From NCBI GenBank assembly GCA_040357565.1, contig JBDODJ010000123.1: a stretch of DNA of 33,304 nt. One strand, given 5' to 3'. The notes under the pieces are model-generated. The model searched no databases. It saw nothing but the letters and a program-made list of their open reading frames with translations, and had not been told where the DNA came from. The translations under genes were made by a program, and so were the position numbers. Source of the stretch: Cercozoa sp. M6MM. Its lineage: Eukaryota; Protista; Endomyxa: Ascetosporea. Positions 1 through 10,875 of this stretch are shown piece after piece; position 1 is the stretch's first letter, and every line of letters begins with the position of its first letter.

Positions 1-115
1 ACATTCTTGTACTCCCATTTCTAAATTTAACCTCGAGTGTATAAAATTCTGTTTTAATTAAATTAAGTTTACTGTCTGTCTCGAATTTTGTCTCTGGTGA
101 AGGATTAATTTATGT

Positions 116-758
116 ATGATTTTCGGCGCAGTGATGACCCGCTGTATGGTCCTTCGGCATCGACGCTGCGACGACCGTTTCAACTGCTGGTCCACCTGTG
201 CGCTTCGCATCGGTATCTGGTCTCATCCCCTTCTTGTACTGCAAACGTTTCTGTTTCGTAGCAAGACATTGCTCAAGATTCTGCGCGGCCACTACGACAA
301 AGTTTCATGGAACGCGCCTACACTCGCGAGTGCAATTGGTGCCGACAAGATTCCAAAGTACCTTTCTCAACTTCGTCTTTGACGGGCTTGACCGAGAAAT
401 TGTGTTCTGTAGAGCCACCTTCTCCTCGAGCGTCGCTGGGCAGCCCGACGGTACTGCGGCCAAGCTTGTACTCATCCGCACCGGCATGGACTGCAACGCA
501 TACTTCACGCAGGTATCAGCATCTTGCTCTTTGCTAAATCCTTGAATCCATCACCTGTGCTGATTTGAGCAGGTGGTGATGCGGGATAAGAAGCTGCTCA
601 AGCTGATCCTGGAGGGTGGCAAGTCACAAAAGGGCGGTAGCGTTCCCCCCGCGCGCGCGCTGGTACCGCCGCATTCAGCGTTCGCTTTCTGGCGAACAAC
701 CTGGGTGCGAAGTAAATTTAGCAAATACAGGCATGACGCCGGTTCTGAATTGTTCTAA
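116..758 (+). pseudogene. Fragmented or frameshifted coding-like segment, unknown product
   Basis: Coding-like stretches (KTLLKILRGHYDKVSW; FDGLDREIVF...YFTQ|VVMRDKKLLKLILEGG) with plausible GT-AG introns. A frameshift near 360-380 is needed to join them. No family recognised. Confidence 0.25.
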
Positions 759-878
759 TAGATGACTTTGGTGAATCGCGGTTGTATTACTCATTACATG
801 ATCGCTCTTTCATTTGCTCCCAGAGGTAATCTAGGTGTGCACACGTGTGCGCACACAAATGTGGATATAAAACTACAC

Positions 879-960
879 CCAGAATCGCACCAGAATCGCA
901 ACAGAATCGCACCAGAATCGCAACAGAATCGCACCAGAATCGCACCAGAATCGCACCAGA
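879..960 (+). repeat. Tandem 11-mer (C/A)CAGAATCGCA, ~7.5 copies
   Basis: Directly visible, ~100 bp upstream of the Merlin transposase ATG. Confidence 0.97.
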
Positions 961-1065
961 TATTGACCAAACTTTCGCACCGTACTTCACGCCTGAGCAT
1001 TTTTTTGTTTTATTTTGCGATTTTTCAGTTTTTTGCCTGAGAAAGTACTGTACCCTTTTTTTGTC

Positions 1066-3010
1066 ATGTCTACGCGTTGTTTACAGCAGTTAGACGACTT
1101 TTTCGACCGTTTCACGTTCGATAGAGCGTTTCCGAACGATGGGTCGTTGTTCCCTTTCGTATTAGAGCGTTTTTTTGGACCAAATGCAGGACGGTGGCCC
1201 ACCTGCAGCCGTGGTCCCTCGAAACACAACATGCGAGTGCGAGTGAAGCTGTTGAATGTTAATTGACAAACGCGTGTATGGGTGTTGGTGTGTATTGTTC
1301 TTGCTTGTGCTTGGGGCTGTGTATTTAACTTACCCGCGTACTTTAAATGTTCTCTTTGATGCTTGTTTAGAGAGTGCTGGGAGAGCACATGCTCATCACA
1401 GTGCGAGTTCTTCCAGTACCAAGCTCGGAACAGGCTGGTTCCATCCGTCACTGCAAGACTTTGTGGCGCTTGGAAACTCACGACGTTCAAGAAGTTTTTG
1501 AAGAAAAAACAACAATTTGCTGAGTCGATGTCGACAGTGTCGCTGCCCCAAAGTGCTGTCTTTCGTGTTGCTTTTGTTTGTGACAAGTGCAAACGGTATT
1601 TAATGCATTTGCCTTGACATTGTCGTCGAATAGTATGCATGTCTGCGATAGAGAAAAGCAGCTGCGTGATTGTGGCATTCCGAACTTCTTCGCTCCCCAC
1701 CGCAAGCAACTCCACGAAGTACTCCGAGTTGTCCAGTGCGTCTGCCGAAAGCGCCGTGTGAGTGAAATTCAAGACGAAACTGGGCTCGGCAAAGACTTCA
1801 TTCGCAGCGTCAAGAAGCACGTGTTTCAAGTGATGTACATGGCAGAAGTGGCACGCGAGAAGCAAAAGAAAATGAGTGGTCTCACCGAGGTATAGGATAC
1901 CACACTTTAGCTTTCATTCAGTACTTGCATGCGTAACCAGGTATTACTTTACATTTAGGTTGATGAGATGGGTGTGGGGCAGCCAAAGTTTCACATCGGT
2001 CACCGTGGTCGCCTGGCTGGAACAATGTGGGTACTCACTTTCACGGAAGTGTCGGAGGTACACATGCCCCCGTCTTTTCCGCTTTGCATATACGCGATGT
2101 CATGTTGTTGCACAGACGACGCGCGGCAACGGGACGAAAAACGCGAGGTCGAAGAGGTTCGCTGGACGCTTGTGCCAAAGCGCGACAGTGGCACGATTGG
2201 ACGGCATGTGCGCCAGCACATTGAACCCAAAACCATCATACAGGTATCGATTAAACACCGATTTGTATTGTAAGTTGTAGTTTGTTTGCTAGACCGACAA
2301 ATGGCGAGCATACTCCGAGTCGACGTCTCTTGTTGGCATGCAGCATTACCAGTTCAACCACTCCTCAATCAGGTACAGCATATTCTACTAGGTCAACAAC
2401 ATCTTGCTGTTGTATCTGGGGGTTTGATTTATGGCAGCACATTTTCGCGAACTGCCGCGGATGGCCAACTGGTGCACATCAACAGCGCTGAGGGTATGCA
2501 CAGCGTCGGCAAGCGATACTCAAGACGGATGAACGCACTACAGTCCGCCCGCACGCCTTCTGATGTTTGCTTGGCAATCAAGGCACTCCAGTGGTAAGTT
2601 TACTGTACCATCATGAAATGTAGAGCCTGTTCAAAAAGCGTGTTTCCGCTTCTGGTAGGTTCATGAACTGCATCAAAATGGAAGCAAAGCAGCGCTGGTC
2701 TCGCTTGCTGGACGCGATGGTGGAGTATGGAGGTGAAGACATCAATGAGAACTACACCGACAGTGACAAAGAGTGGATGCTGTACTACGAGGAGCGCATT
2801 CAACAAGCAAAGCTTGAACGCTCCAGAAACAACAGTGACACTGTAATTTGCTGTATTTCAAGGATACTGTTGTTTCATCTATCGTGCACTGGTAATCTCC
2901 AAGAACAAGTCGAGCGAAGCTTGGCGCTAGCCGTCGAAGGCCCTGAAGATGAAGCAGCTCTGTTGAGTGACGTGTCACATGAGGACGAGACCAACGAGTT
3001 TGGTGATTAA
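1066..3010 (+). mobile_element. Intron-containing Merlin-superfamily (IS1595/ISXO2-like) DDE transposase gene
   Basis: Spliced translation gives TE|VDEMGVGQPKFHIGHRG..WVLTFTE, VPKRDSGTIGRHVRQHIEPKTIIQ|TDKWRAY, HYQFNHS and VHINSAEG. These match the IS1595/Merlin motifs VEIDE, K.K...G, WV, V..R...T, SD.W.AY, VNHS and HTN.IE. Frame-preserving GT-AG introns: 1596-1633, 1890-1958, 2244-2292, 2373-2437, 2594-2658. A further intron at ~1237-1374 has uncertain ends. The N-terminal region is Cys-rich. Confidence 0.85.
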
Positions 3011-3334
3011 ACTTCATGCACTGACTCGAGTGATGGCGATGAAAGCCCGTGTCTTCATCGACCTTCACGTCAAGTCGCACGACAGGGGCTGGTGCAGCGT
3101 CGCCTAGATGATGCTGCGATGTGCATGGAGGATGAAGATTATTTTAACGCACGTGTTAGTGGTTAAATGTGTTCGCTATATGAGAATTCATACAAAAACT
3201 TCGCAAACAAAAAACGATATTTCGAGACAGAATTTTACTTGATAAATTCTCATGTTGAGAATTACCAAGTCTGAAAAAACTGGAAAATAAACCTCTCTGA
3301 CGTCGACGGTGCCGCATTAAATTGTGTTCAGAGA

Positions 3335-4102
3335 GTGTCTTGGACTAATGTTGGTGCGTATCTAACAGTTTTGGCTCGGATTCTGCAGGAAACAGATCCG
3401 CCATTAACCGTTATCCAACACAACGCACGCACATCAGAGCGGAGTGCAGTGTCAAACCGAACACTGGATACTACGCGAAGTGAGTCGGAAACACCACAGC
3501 GCAGACAAGCACGTGCATTTCGTTCAGGAGTTGCTCGACGTCAAGCTCCAAGAACAAGAAGAACAAGAAGAAGAAGAAGAATTCGCCGTCGAGCTTCAAG
3601 AACTAAGTTCGCCGTCGAGCTTCAAGAGCAAGAACAAGAAGAAGACGAAGAAGAAGAAATCGGCTTGGCCCTGTCCAAAATGTGGTGTTCTTCTCATGCC
3701 AAAAGTGAATGTGCGAAACACTACCATATGTTCGCCTGCCTCGGCGACAAACTTCTGCGCGTGCTCGCGAACCTTCATTTCCTCGGCCAGTCGCGGAACG
3801 TCGTGCACAAAGAACGCCGGCACGCGCGTCGTCACGAAGGCCTGCACATCGGACGCGGTGGCTTGCGAGATGCGATCCAACAGTGTAGAAACGCCGAGCT
3901 GCAGACGCTCTAACAGTTTCGTATCACCCTGGACAAGCAATTACGTCTATCCAGCACACGAAGCCCACACTACAAAGCGTACCGGCTCCGCGCGAATCTG
4001 ACGCACGCACTCGTTGACCCGCGACTCGAAAGCTGCCTCCCTCGCCTTCAGCCGGGCGGCAGCCCTGTGTCAAAACAAATGATAACACTTCCGTTGTTTT
4101 AA
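3335..4102 (+). pseudogene. Decayed ORF with an acidic tract and a possible RNase III-like domain
   Basis: HYHMFACLGDKLLRVL resembles NYERLEFLGD.VL. After an in-frame TAA (3911-3913) the same frame reads RANLTHALV, resembling ADxxEALxGA. Confidence 0.3.
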
Positions 4103-4205
4103 AAGCATGAGAGTGATGTTACTTTCGGAGTTCAGCAACGGCATCGTCGAGACTCGCCGGATCGTTTTGCTGCTGCATCACGTTCACGAATGTATCTCCT
4201 GATAA

Positions 4206-4773
4206 TGTAAGGTTTTAGGTGGTGTACCAACTCGGCCTGCACTGCCTCAAGACGTGCACCAGAGTCGGCTTGCAGAGAACCGAGCCTGCGTAGAGACATA
4301 ACTAAAACAACACACAGTCAATTCAAAAGCAACTATCGGCTGCTGCGAAGAAAACTCAGGGGATACCCAAAACTGCTCCCAGAACCAGCAAACGCAACAT
4401 TTGTGCGATGAGGATGCCTGTAAACACGGCACAGTGTGCAAACAACCAGTGCAAACAACAAAACAGTCTCCAGATAAGCTCAAGCTCAAGTTTGAGCCAG
4501 TGAAACGCTGTGCAAGAGTTCAGCCAGTGGCAGGTCTCAACTTGCAAGGAATTGGGAGTTGAGGGCCCTTGAAGAATATTGTAGTGAGCAACGTACTCTT
4601 TGTATATCACAGGAAACAAGACGTGGACCCTATAAGAGAGGGCTAGGAGCAGTTTTCGTCTTGTTTCACTCACAAAAGAAAGTCTCTAAAGAAACTGAAC
4701 ATTCTCTCTCTCGACCAAGGGCGTCTCGGCGCTCCGTTAATTAAGGCCGCGTTGTCCACGGGCGGTACTTACA
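4206..4773 (-). mobile_element. Putative LTR (family A), probably a 3' LTR on the minus strand
   Basis: Termini TGTAAG...CTTACA. On the minus strand a purine tract GAAGGGGGAG (4777-4786) lies 3 nt before the terminus. Segment 4511-4768 recurs at 9301-9550 (inverted) and partly at 14150-14320. No target-site duplication (TSD). Confidence 0.55.
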
Positions 4774-5440
4774 GTGCTCCCCCTTCGATGGAGAGGTCAA
4801 GTAGGAGGTAAGTGAGACCGTGGACAATTGCCGGAAGAGTCGGAGAGAGAAGGTTTCATGATGATTATTCAGGAAAAACCATGCAGAATGACGAAAAACC
4901 TGATGATGTGTGGGGAAAGACGCATCAAGAGATGGTAAAACCTACGGTTTGAGGTTGTTGGGAGGAAAACCGCGCGGAGCATAAAAAACCCAATAAAGCG
5001 TTCGCGTAGCGATCTGTCGGTCCTCCAAGAGGCGGCTCGCAGTGCTGCCGAGCACATGAGTCGGGTGATTCGGCTGCCTCCGTCGCTCCTCACCACGCAA
5101 ACAGAGACGGCTCACACCACGCACGCACACAAGGCGCCACTGAGTGCACGCGGCGACTGGAACTCGGTGCTGCGATGCTTTCTGTCCGGACGCTTCACTG
5201 TACACGGAGCAGCACATCGAAACCGCACTCCTGGACTGTATGGCAAAGTATAGTCAGTTCGACCTAGCTTGAGTCCTCATATACTCGGGTGTTATTGTTG
5301 TCCCTCTCCCTCTCTCGCACTCAACTTCGGTCACGCGATCAATCCTGAACACGCGTCTACTGAGTAGGTGTGTTTCAGGAGAGTAGTTAACGAAACAACG
5401 GAGTTCGACAACAAGACGGATTCATCCCCGTCGGGTACGC

Positions 5441-5703
5441 TTCTAGAAGTAAGTTACTTCTAGAAGAAAGGGGTCTTAGTAATTTGCCAATTTTTCTAGA
5501 AGTAGGTTAATTTCTAGAAGTATTAAGCTCAAGTAAATTACTTCTAGAAGTAGTCAAAGTCGGAAATTACTTCTAGAAGTTGTCAAATCTGAAAATTACT
5601 TCTAGAAGTCAGGTCTGAAGAATTTACTTCTAGAAGTGGTCAAATTAAATAAATTACTTCTAGAAGTTGATGCGGTTCTAGAACTTGAATTGAAGTTCCA
5701 GAA
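5441..5703. repeat. Left subterminal array of palindromic TTCTAGAA (10 perfect copies, 1 variant)
   Basis: Copies at 5441, 5458, 5494, 5512, 5542, 5571, 5600, 5628, 5658 and 5676; TTCCAGAA at 5696. Confidence 0.95.
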
Positions 5704-7537
5704 CCACTGTCAACTCGAAGCAAGAAAAAACCTTAAGTTGACGCAAAGTCCGACACGACGACAGATGGATTCTCGTTTGCCCGAGTCGCTTAACTATCAT
5801 CGTCAGCGTTCAGCTGTTCGTCTATTCGAGGGCAGCAACATATGAAAAGTACAATACTGAAGAAGAAAAAAGTACCAAATAAGTACCGTCGACTCAGCGC
5901 AGCTTCTGTCGTTTTGGGGTTGGTTCGACAGGCGCACTGTCAAAGTCTTCCATGTCGTCGAATTCGTCTAGACACCCATCGAAATCTTCCTGCTTCTGTC
6001 CGTTAAAAGGTGAAAAAACCAGTACGATGAGGAAGATCGCCAAGCAAAGAAACGTACGAAAAGCGACTTCCATAGCCTATACCAAAGCATGACAAGACTC
6101 TTGTCGGTATCCGAAAAGGAATCGTCGCCGCTGAGCTGCAGCCGCGTTGACGAGTCTGTTTTTCGCATGGCGTCACCGTACCCCCAAAAACAACGCCGGT
6201 CCAAAGAAGAAATCGATGCCTGAAAACATACAACAGTCACAAGCAGGGCGAGGGATCACAGCAGGCAACGAATTGAACTAATACGGAACTAATACGGGAG
6301 TGTGAGCCGCAGGACAACAAGCGACGCAACACCTTCGAAGTCTGTTTGTCGGTCGGGTTGTTGACGAATTTAGTGTACTGCGCCTCTGTGAGGCCCACAA
6401 AACTCGACTTCTGAGGGATACAAAAATGATTACATGAACAACAACAAGAGACGAGACAGCAAAGCGAAAGGTAGGATACCAGCACGGGAAAAGCTCGACG
6501 TCTGTCTCACAGCCACATTGCACCTTGTGCATGCCGATCCAAGTCACCGCCCGTCGCATCAACCTCCTGTGTATCAAAAACGCATTGACTGCAATGAGGC
6601 ATCGACAAGCAGACATATACCAAAAGCAAGGCTGGACCATCGGCGCCGTGCGCTTTGAATGTCTCCTCGAGGAAATCAGTGTCGTCGAGTTCGTCCTGCC
6701 GCATCCAGGACATCCATCACACACCATCAACCAAAAAAATTTACACACACAGGAACTTTGAAACCGAAACCGCAACGCACCAACGACGACTCACTCACAG
6801 CCAAACGGGGCTGTGTGCTGGCGTCCGCACTCAGAGTGCAGGACTAACGACTCTGGTTGCGCAAACATCACTCATATCCAGCACACGCCAGCGAATAGCT
6901 CGCCAAGCCGCAGAACCGACACGGGTCGCTGAGGCTGGCTCGGTGGCTACAGGTGATGATACAGTTGCTCTACCCGGGTTCCGACACCCGCCGTGAGTTG
7001 CTTGCAGTCGGGCCTTGTTACGAGGTACCAACAAGACAGATTCAAACTACCTTCGGCCAGCGACTACGTCAAGCACAACAACTTGACCGAAGTTGTTGCA
7101 GTCCTCGCCATAACCTGCCCAAGCATGCGCGAAGCCAGAGGACGAACAACTCTCACAGAACTGGAACCGCTCACGTTGTCACTGTCGTTTTCCCGAAAAT
7201 CCTTCAAATCGGAGTCGCCGTGCGGGCTCTACGGGCACAATGTTGAAGTGAATGTGCCCAAATTTTAAGCAAAACTTCCCCCTGTTCACGTCGTCTGCGC
7301 GGCTGAATTTAAAATCTGACCCATGACAGAACAGGTTAGTTAATTATTTTTCTTCTTAACTACAAAACAGTCATTTCAGCATCCCGACCGTACATCCGCT
7401 AGTAGGCCTGCGGAACAACAAAGTCTCACTGCCCGTCAACTATGGTTCGCCCATGGTTCCGGGTGCAGCGTCCAAGTAGGACAAGCTCGTCAGCGAGGAC
7501 TTGGAGTGCGTGGTAGGCTATTGCAAGCGTGTCCTAC

Positions 7538-7880
7538 TTCTAGAAACACAGAGCTTATTTTGTCACTTGCTGCTGCAGCCGAGCGAAAATGGCCCTACTT
7601 CTAGAAATACGCACTCTCAGGCTGGTTGCTACTAGAACTGAGAGATACGACTTGGGTTATTTCTAGAAATATACACCCTGTCTTCGTTGTTTCTAGAAGT
7701 AAAAACCAGGTCTTGGATATTTCTAGAATTAGGGCGGCGATATGCAGGTAATACTAGAAATGTCCTGACGGACGGTCAAGAGGCCTCCCTATTTCTACAA
7801 ACAGTGCCTCTTCTAGAATTCGGGCATGTAGTTCTAGAAATAGTGCCCACTTCTAGAATTAGGTGCATGTAGTTCTAGAA
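7538..7880. repeat. Right subterminal array of TTCTAGAA (9 perfect copies, ~3 variants)
   Basis: Copies at 7538, 7599, 7661, 7691, 7721, 7811, 7832, 7851 and 7873, plus TACTAGAA and TTCTACAA variants. Confidence 0.95.
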
Positions 7881-9090
7881 GCGTACCCGACGGGGCATAG
7901 CTTGCCGAACGCGATATGCTCCAAGCCGTAGCGCAGCCCGTCTGCACGAGTGGGTCCTTTTCGTCTGCGGACCTCGTAGAGACGATCGAAGATGTCGGTA
8001 CACTGCGCTTCGATCTCGCGCGGGGAAGGCAACTCCTTCGTGTGGCGCTTCGGTACCACCGATCGCACGAGAGTGCAGCACGCCTCTGTGAAGCGCTGCA
8101 CTCTGTACGACGCGTGGTCGCCCATTGCGACGGCTCGCACAAGCGCGAGGACGATCGGCCCCATCCGCTTCCTGTTGCGCCTCGCCCAGAAGCCCTCGCA
8201 GTCGCGCCGAGAGATCTGAGGGTGTCTCTGGCAGAACAGTTCAACGATTGCTCGCGCAAATCGCTCGCGGACGAACTTGTTGGACATAGGAACCCGCGCG
8301 ACGGGCCGATACTTGTACAGAATCGGGAGTGCATCCAATGGAGTGATCCTAGCGCACCGAACGCGATCCAGCGCCACGTCCGAAAGCCACGCTGTGTCAC
8401 ACACACAAACGCACATGCACATCACAGGGAGGAGGCAGAGTGTAACGAGGAGCGCGATTCACCGGTAGCGATGTCAGGCAGAGTCCGTGTTGCTTGACGG
8501 CGGTTCAACGAAACCACGATCTCGCGCAGGGCCCTGGTGGCGACAAACTCGAGATTTCGTTCGTCGTATCCCATCTTGTCGGTCAGATTCGGGTGCAGCA
8601 ACATGGCGCGGTAGGTGTCGCAGATGAACGATGCCACTGGCATGCCGTGCTTCGCCAATGTGCCAGGCAGGGCCAGGCACGTGGGCGACACGAACTGTGC
8701 AGCCACCAGGGCGCCGACGAACTCGCGTGACATACGCACAGGCACTGCGAACGCGGCGGCTTCCGCCAGATCCGTCAACATCTGGCACAGCAGTGCAGCC
8801 ACTGCGAAGCGATAGCGATACTCCGCGTCAGACATCACCTGCTGTGCATTCAACGAAAGACGCTCGCATGCATACTTCGTCATGGCGACAAAATCACTTG
8901 CATGCCTCGAGTCCTGCAGGACTTGATCGATGTCGACAACGTCGTTCTTTGTTTCGTCGACAGAGGGCGGGGTGGTCACGTACATCGACACGTACGCCGT
9001 CCTGTCCGGGGTCACCGGCACTTCCACGCGGTAGATGGTCTCGCCAACGTCACAAAAGAACTCCTGAAGCAAATCGTGTGTCGTTTTCAT
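7859..9090 (-). CDS. Hypothetical protein, 2 exons, ~386 aa; last 12 aa come from the transposon end
   Basis: Exon 9090-8463, GT-AG intron 8462-8392 and exon 8391-7859 join in frame (ATA|WLSDVAL). Codon usage is GC-rich and coding-like. Confidence 0.7.
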
Positions 9091-9300
9091 CCTTTTCTTT
9101 TGACTTCTAACAATAACTTTGATCGTGCCGAAACGGAAATCGAAAAACGGTCAGAACACACAAGGGCTGGTCACAATTACGTCTAGCGTCCTGAGTATTC
9201 CAAACCGACACTGCACACCTCACGCGGGCGAAGTAAGGCGATTCTCGTTGTGCTGGGTGATCATCTTAATTTTTATTTGCAAGCCTGTGGGAATTCACTT

Positions 9301-9550
9301 GTACCGCCCGTGGACAACGCGGCCTTAATTAACGGAGCGCCGAGACGCCCTCGAGAGAGATATTCAGTTTCAAAAGAGACTTTCTTTTGCGAGTGTATCA
9401 AGACGAAAAGCGCTACCAGCCCTCTCTTATAGGGCCTACGACTTGTTTCTTGCGATACACAAAGAGTACGTTGTTCACTTCAATATTCTTCAAGGGCATT
9501 CAATTCCCGATTCCTTGCAAGTTGAGACCTGCCCTGGCTCAACTCTTGCA
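9301..9550 (+). repeat. Family A LTR-like repeat, copy 2 (inverted relative to 4511-4768)
   Basis: Reverse complement aligns with 4511-4768, including a ~50-bp exact block GGGCGTCTCGGCGCTCCGTTAATTAAGGCCGCGTTGTCCACGGGCGGTAC. Confidence 0.92.
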
Positions 9551-9842
9551 GTGGTGGAGAATCTGCTCAAAATATTGTTTCCTTTGCCTTTCTGATTTTT
9601 TCTGGCAACCCTCCAACCACACCCAGTTTCACGTATCTCACCTCTGATTCTGGTTCGATCCAAGCGATCCAAACAATCCAAGCTATCTCCTTCCAACCGC
9701 TTTGACTAGCCCTGTGCTCCCAATTCAGTTGCGACAGGCAGATCAGTTTCCTTTGGCTTTTACCTTGTTTCAACGAGAGGTCGCTCTCACAGCACCTAAA
9801 TAAAACAAGGAACGAAAAGGAAGAGCTTGCCTCACCTGTACC

Positions 9843-10875
9843 ATGATGGAAGCGGAACACCACTCTAAACCATTGTCGGCTCCCGCTTCTGGACCCCGTC
9901 CATGGAGTGAGTCGCCGGCAGTGGACGACAGCGGTCTGGACATCAACCGCTTGCTGCGTCACCTGCAGTCAGGATGTTCTCGCATCCCTGCACCGGTTAT
10001 CTTTGATCAGCTTAACAACTGGTCAAACCTCTCAGAGGACCAGCACCATGCTGTGCTCAAGTTTCTACCCTCGCACCTGGAAAAGCCCCGCACAGCGGTC
10101 TTTACCGAGTACTCGCTGCAGATCCCTGAGCAAATGCACGAGTGGCTTACACAGGATGACCTCACGCAGGAGGAAACTCAAGCCATCTCCCTCCGTCAGC
10201 TGGCGGCTCCACGTTAACGTGCTTCTCTTTGACAAGAGGGTGGCCGTTGACGTGTGTAAGTACCACGAGACCACACGTGATGCGCTCACACCCCCAGCGA
10301 CTCACGCCACCAGCCGGCACTCAATCGACTCCTGCCAACGCAAGAAAGCATTCAGGCACTTCCCAGACGTACAGCACCATCGGTCTCATCCGATAGTGTC
10401 TCGCACCTGGACTCACCTGCGCCCTCTTCGTTGGTCTGGAAACTCTCTCTGAAAGGAGTCATCAGCTCAACTCTTTTCAGTGTTTCATCGACAGTGATAG
10501 CGCCATGGATTGCTTTCACAGCATCTTATCCTTGGCGGACACCGACCGGTCTCCAGCCTGTCCTCTCACAGCTACGTGAGTCTCCTCGCTTCCTGTGTGC
10601 ACGCAGCTGGACTTACCAACTTGACGCACATCCTGCGCTCGAGTTTGGACGAGTTCACGCAGCGGACAGCCACGGCCTCGGTAGAGTTGCAGCAAACCAC
10701 ATGGTCTCTAGTACAATCATCGGTGCATGGCTCCTTTCGGCGCAACGAAATGGTTGAGGCTATAAGTTTAGTATGGTACGTAGTTTGTATCCTTCAGATG
10801 CCCAACAAACAATGTGCATCTAAGTTTTACTATCGACATGTTCATGCAACGCATGGTAATGGGCGGGTTAGTTGA
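9843..10875 (+). pseudogene. Decayed ORF series of unknown origin, possibly TE-derived
   Basis: A 124-aa ORF followed by coding-like fragments in shifting frames, next to a family A copy. No motif recognised. Confidence 0.25.

Larger units (their letters stand above)
5426..7895. mobile_element. TIR DNA transposon, 2470 bp, CMC/EnSpm-like, non-autonomous or decayed
   Basis: Perfect 23-bp TIRs CCCCGTCGGGTACGCTTCTAGAA (5426-5448 and 7873-7895), 3-bp TSD CAT (5423-5425 and 7896-7898), subterminal TTCTAGAA arrays at both ends. Only broken ORFs inside. Confidence 0.92.

Noticed and set aside
987-1865. 292-aa minus-strand ORF
   Set aside because: Antisense to the Merlin exons; no recognisable motif.
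826-3266. GGTAAT / ATTACC as Merlin TIRs
   Set aside because: Only a 6-bp match and no 8-9-bp TSD.
3911-3913. Stop-codon reassignment to explain in-frame TAA/TAG in decayed ORFs
   Set aside because: The conserved genes have no internal stops and end in TAA or TAG; the decayed ORFs also contain frameshifts.
5441-5703. CRISPR-like repeat/spacer look of the TTCTAGAA arrays
   Set aside because: The repeat is only 8-12 bp, the spacers resemble each other, the context is eukaryotic and there are no cas genes. Explained as subterminal TE repeats.
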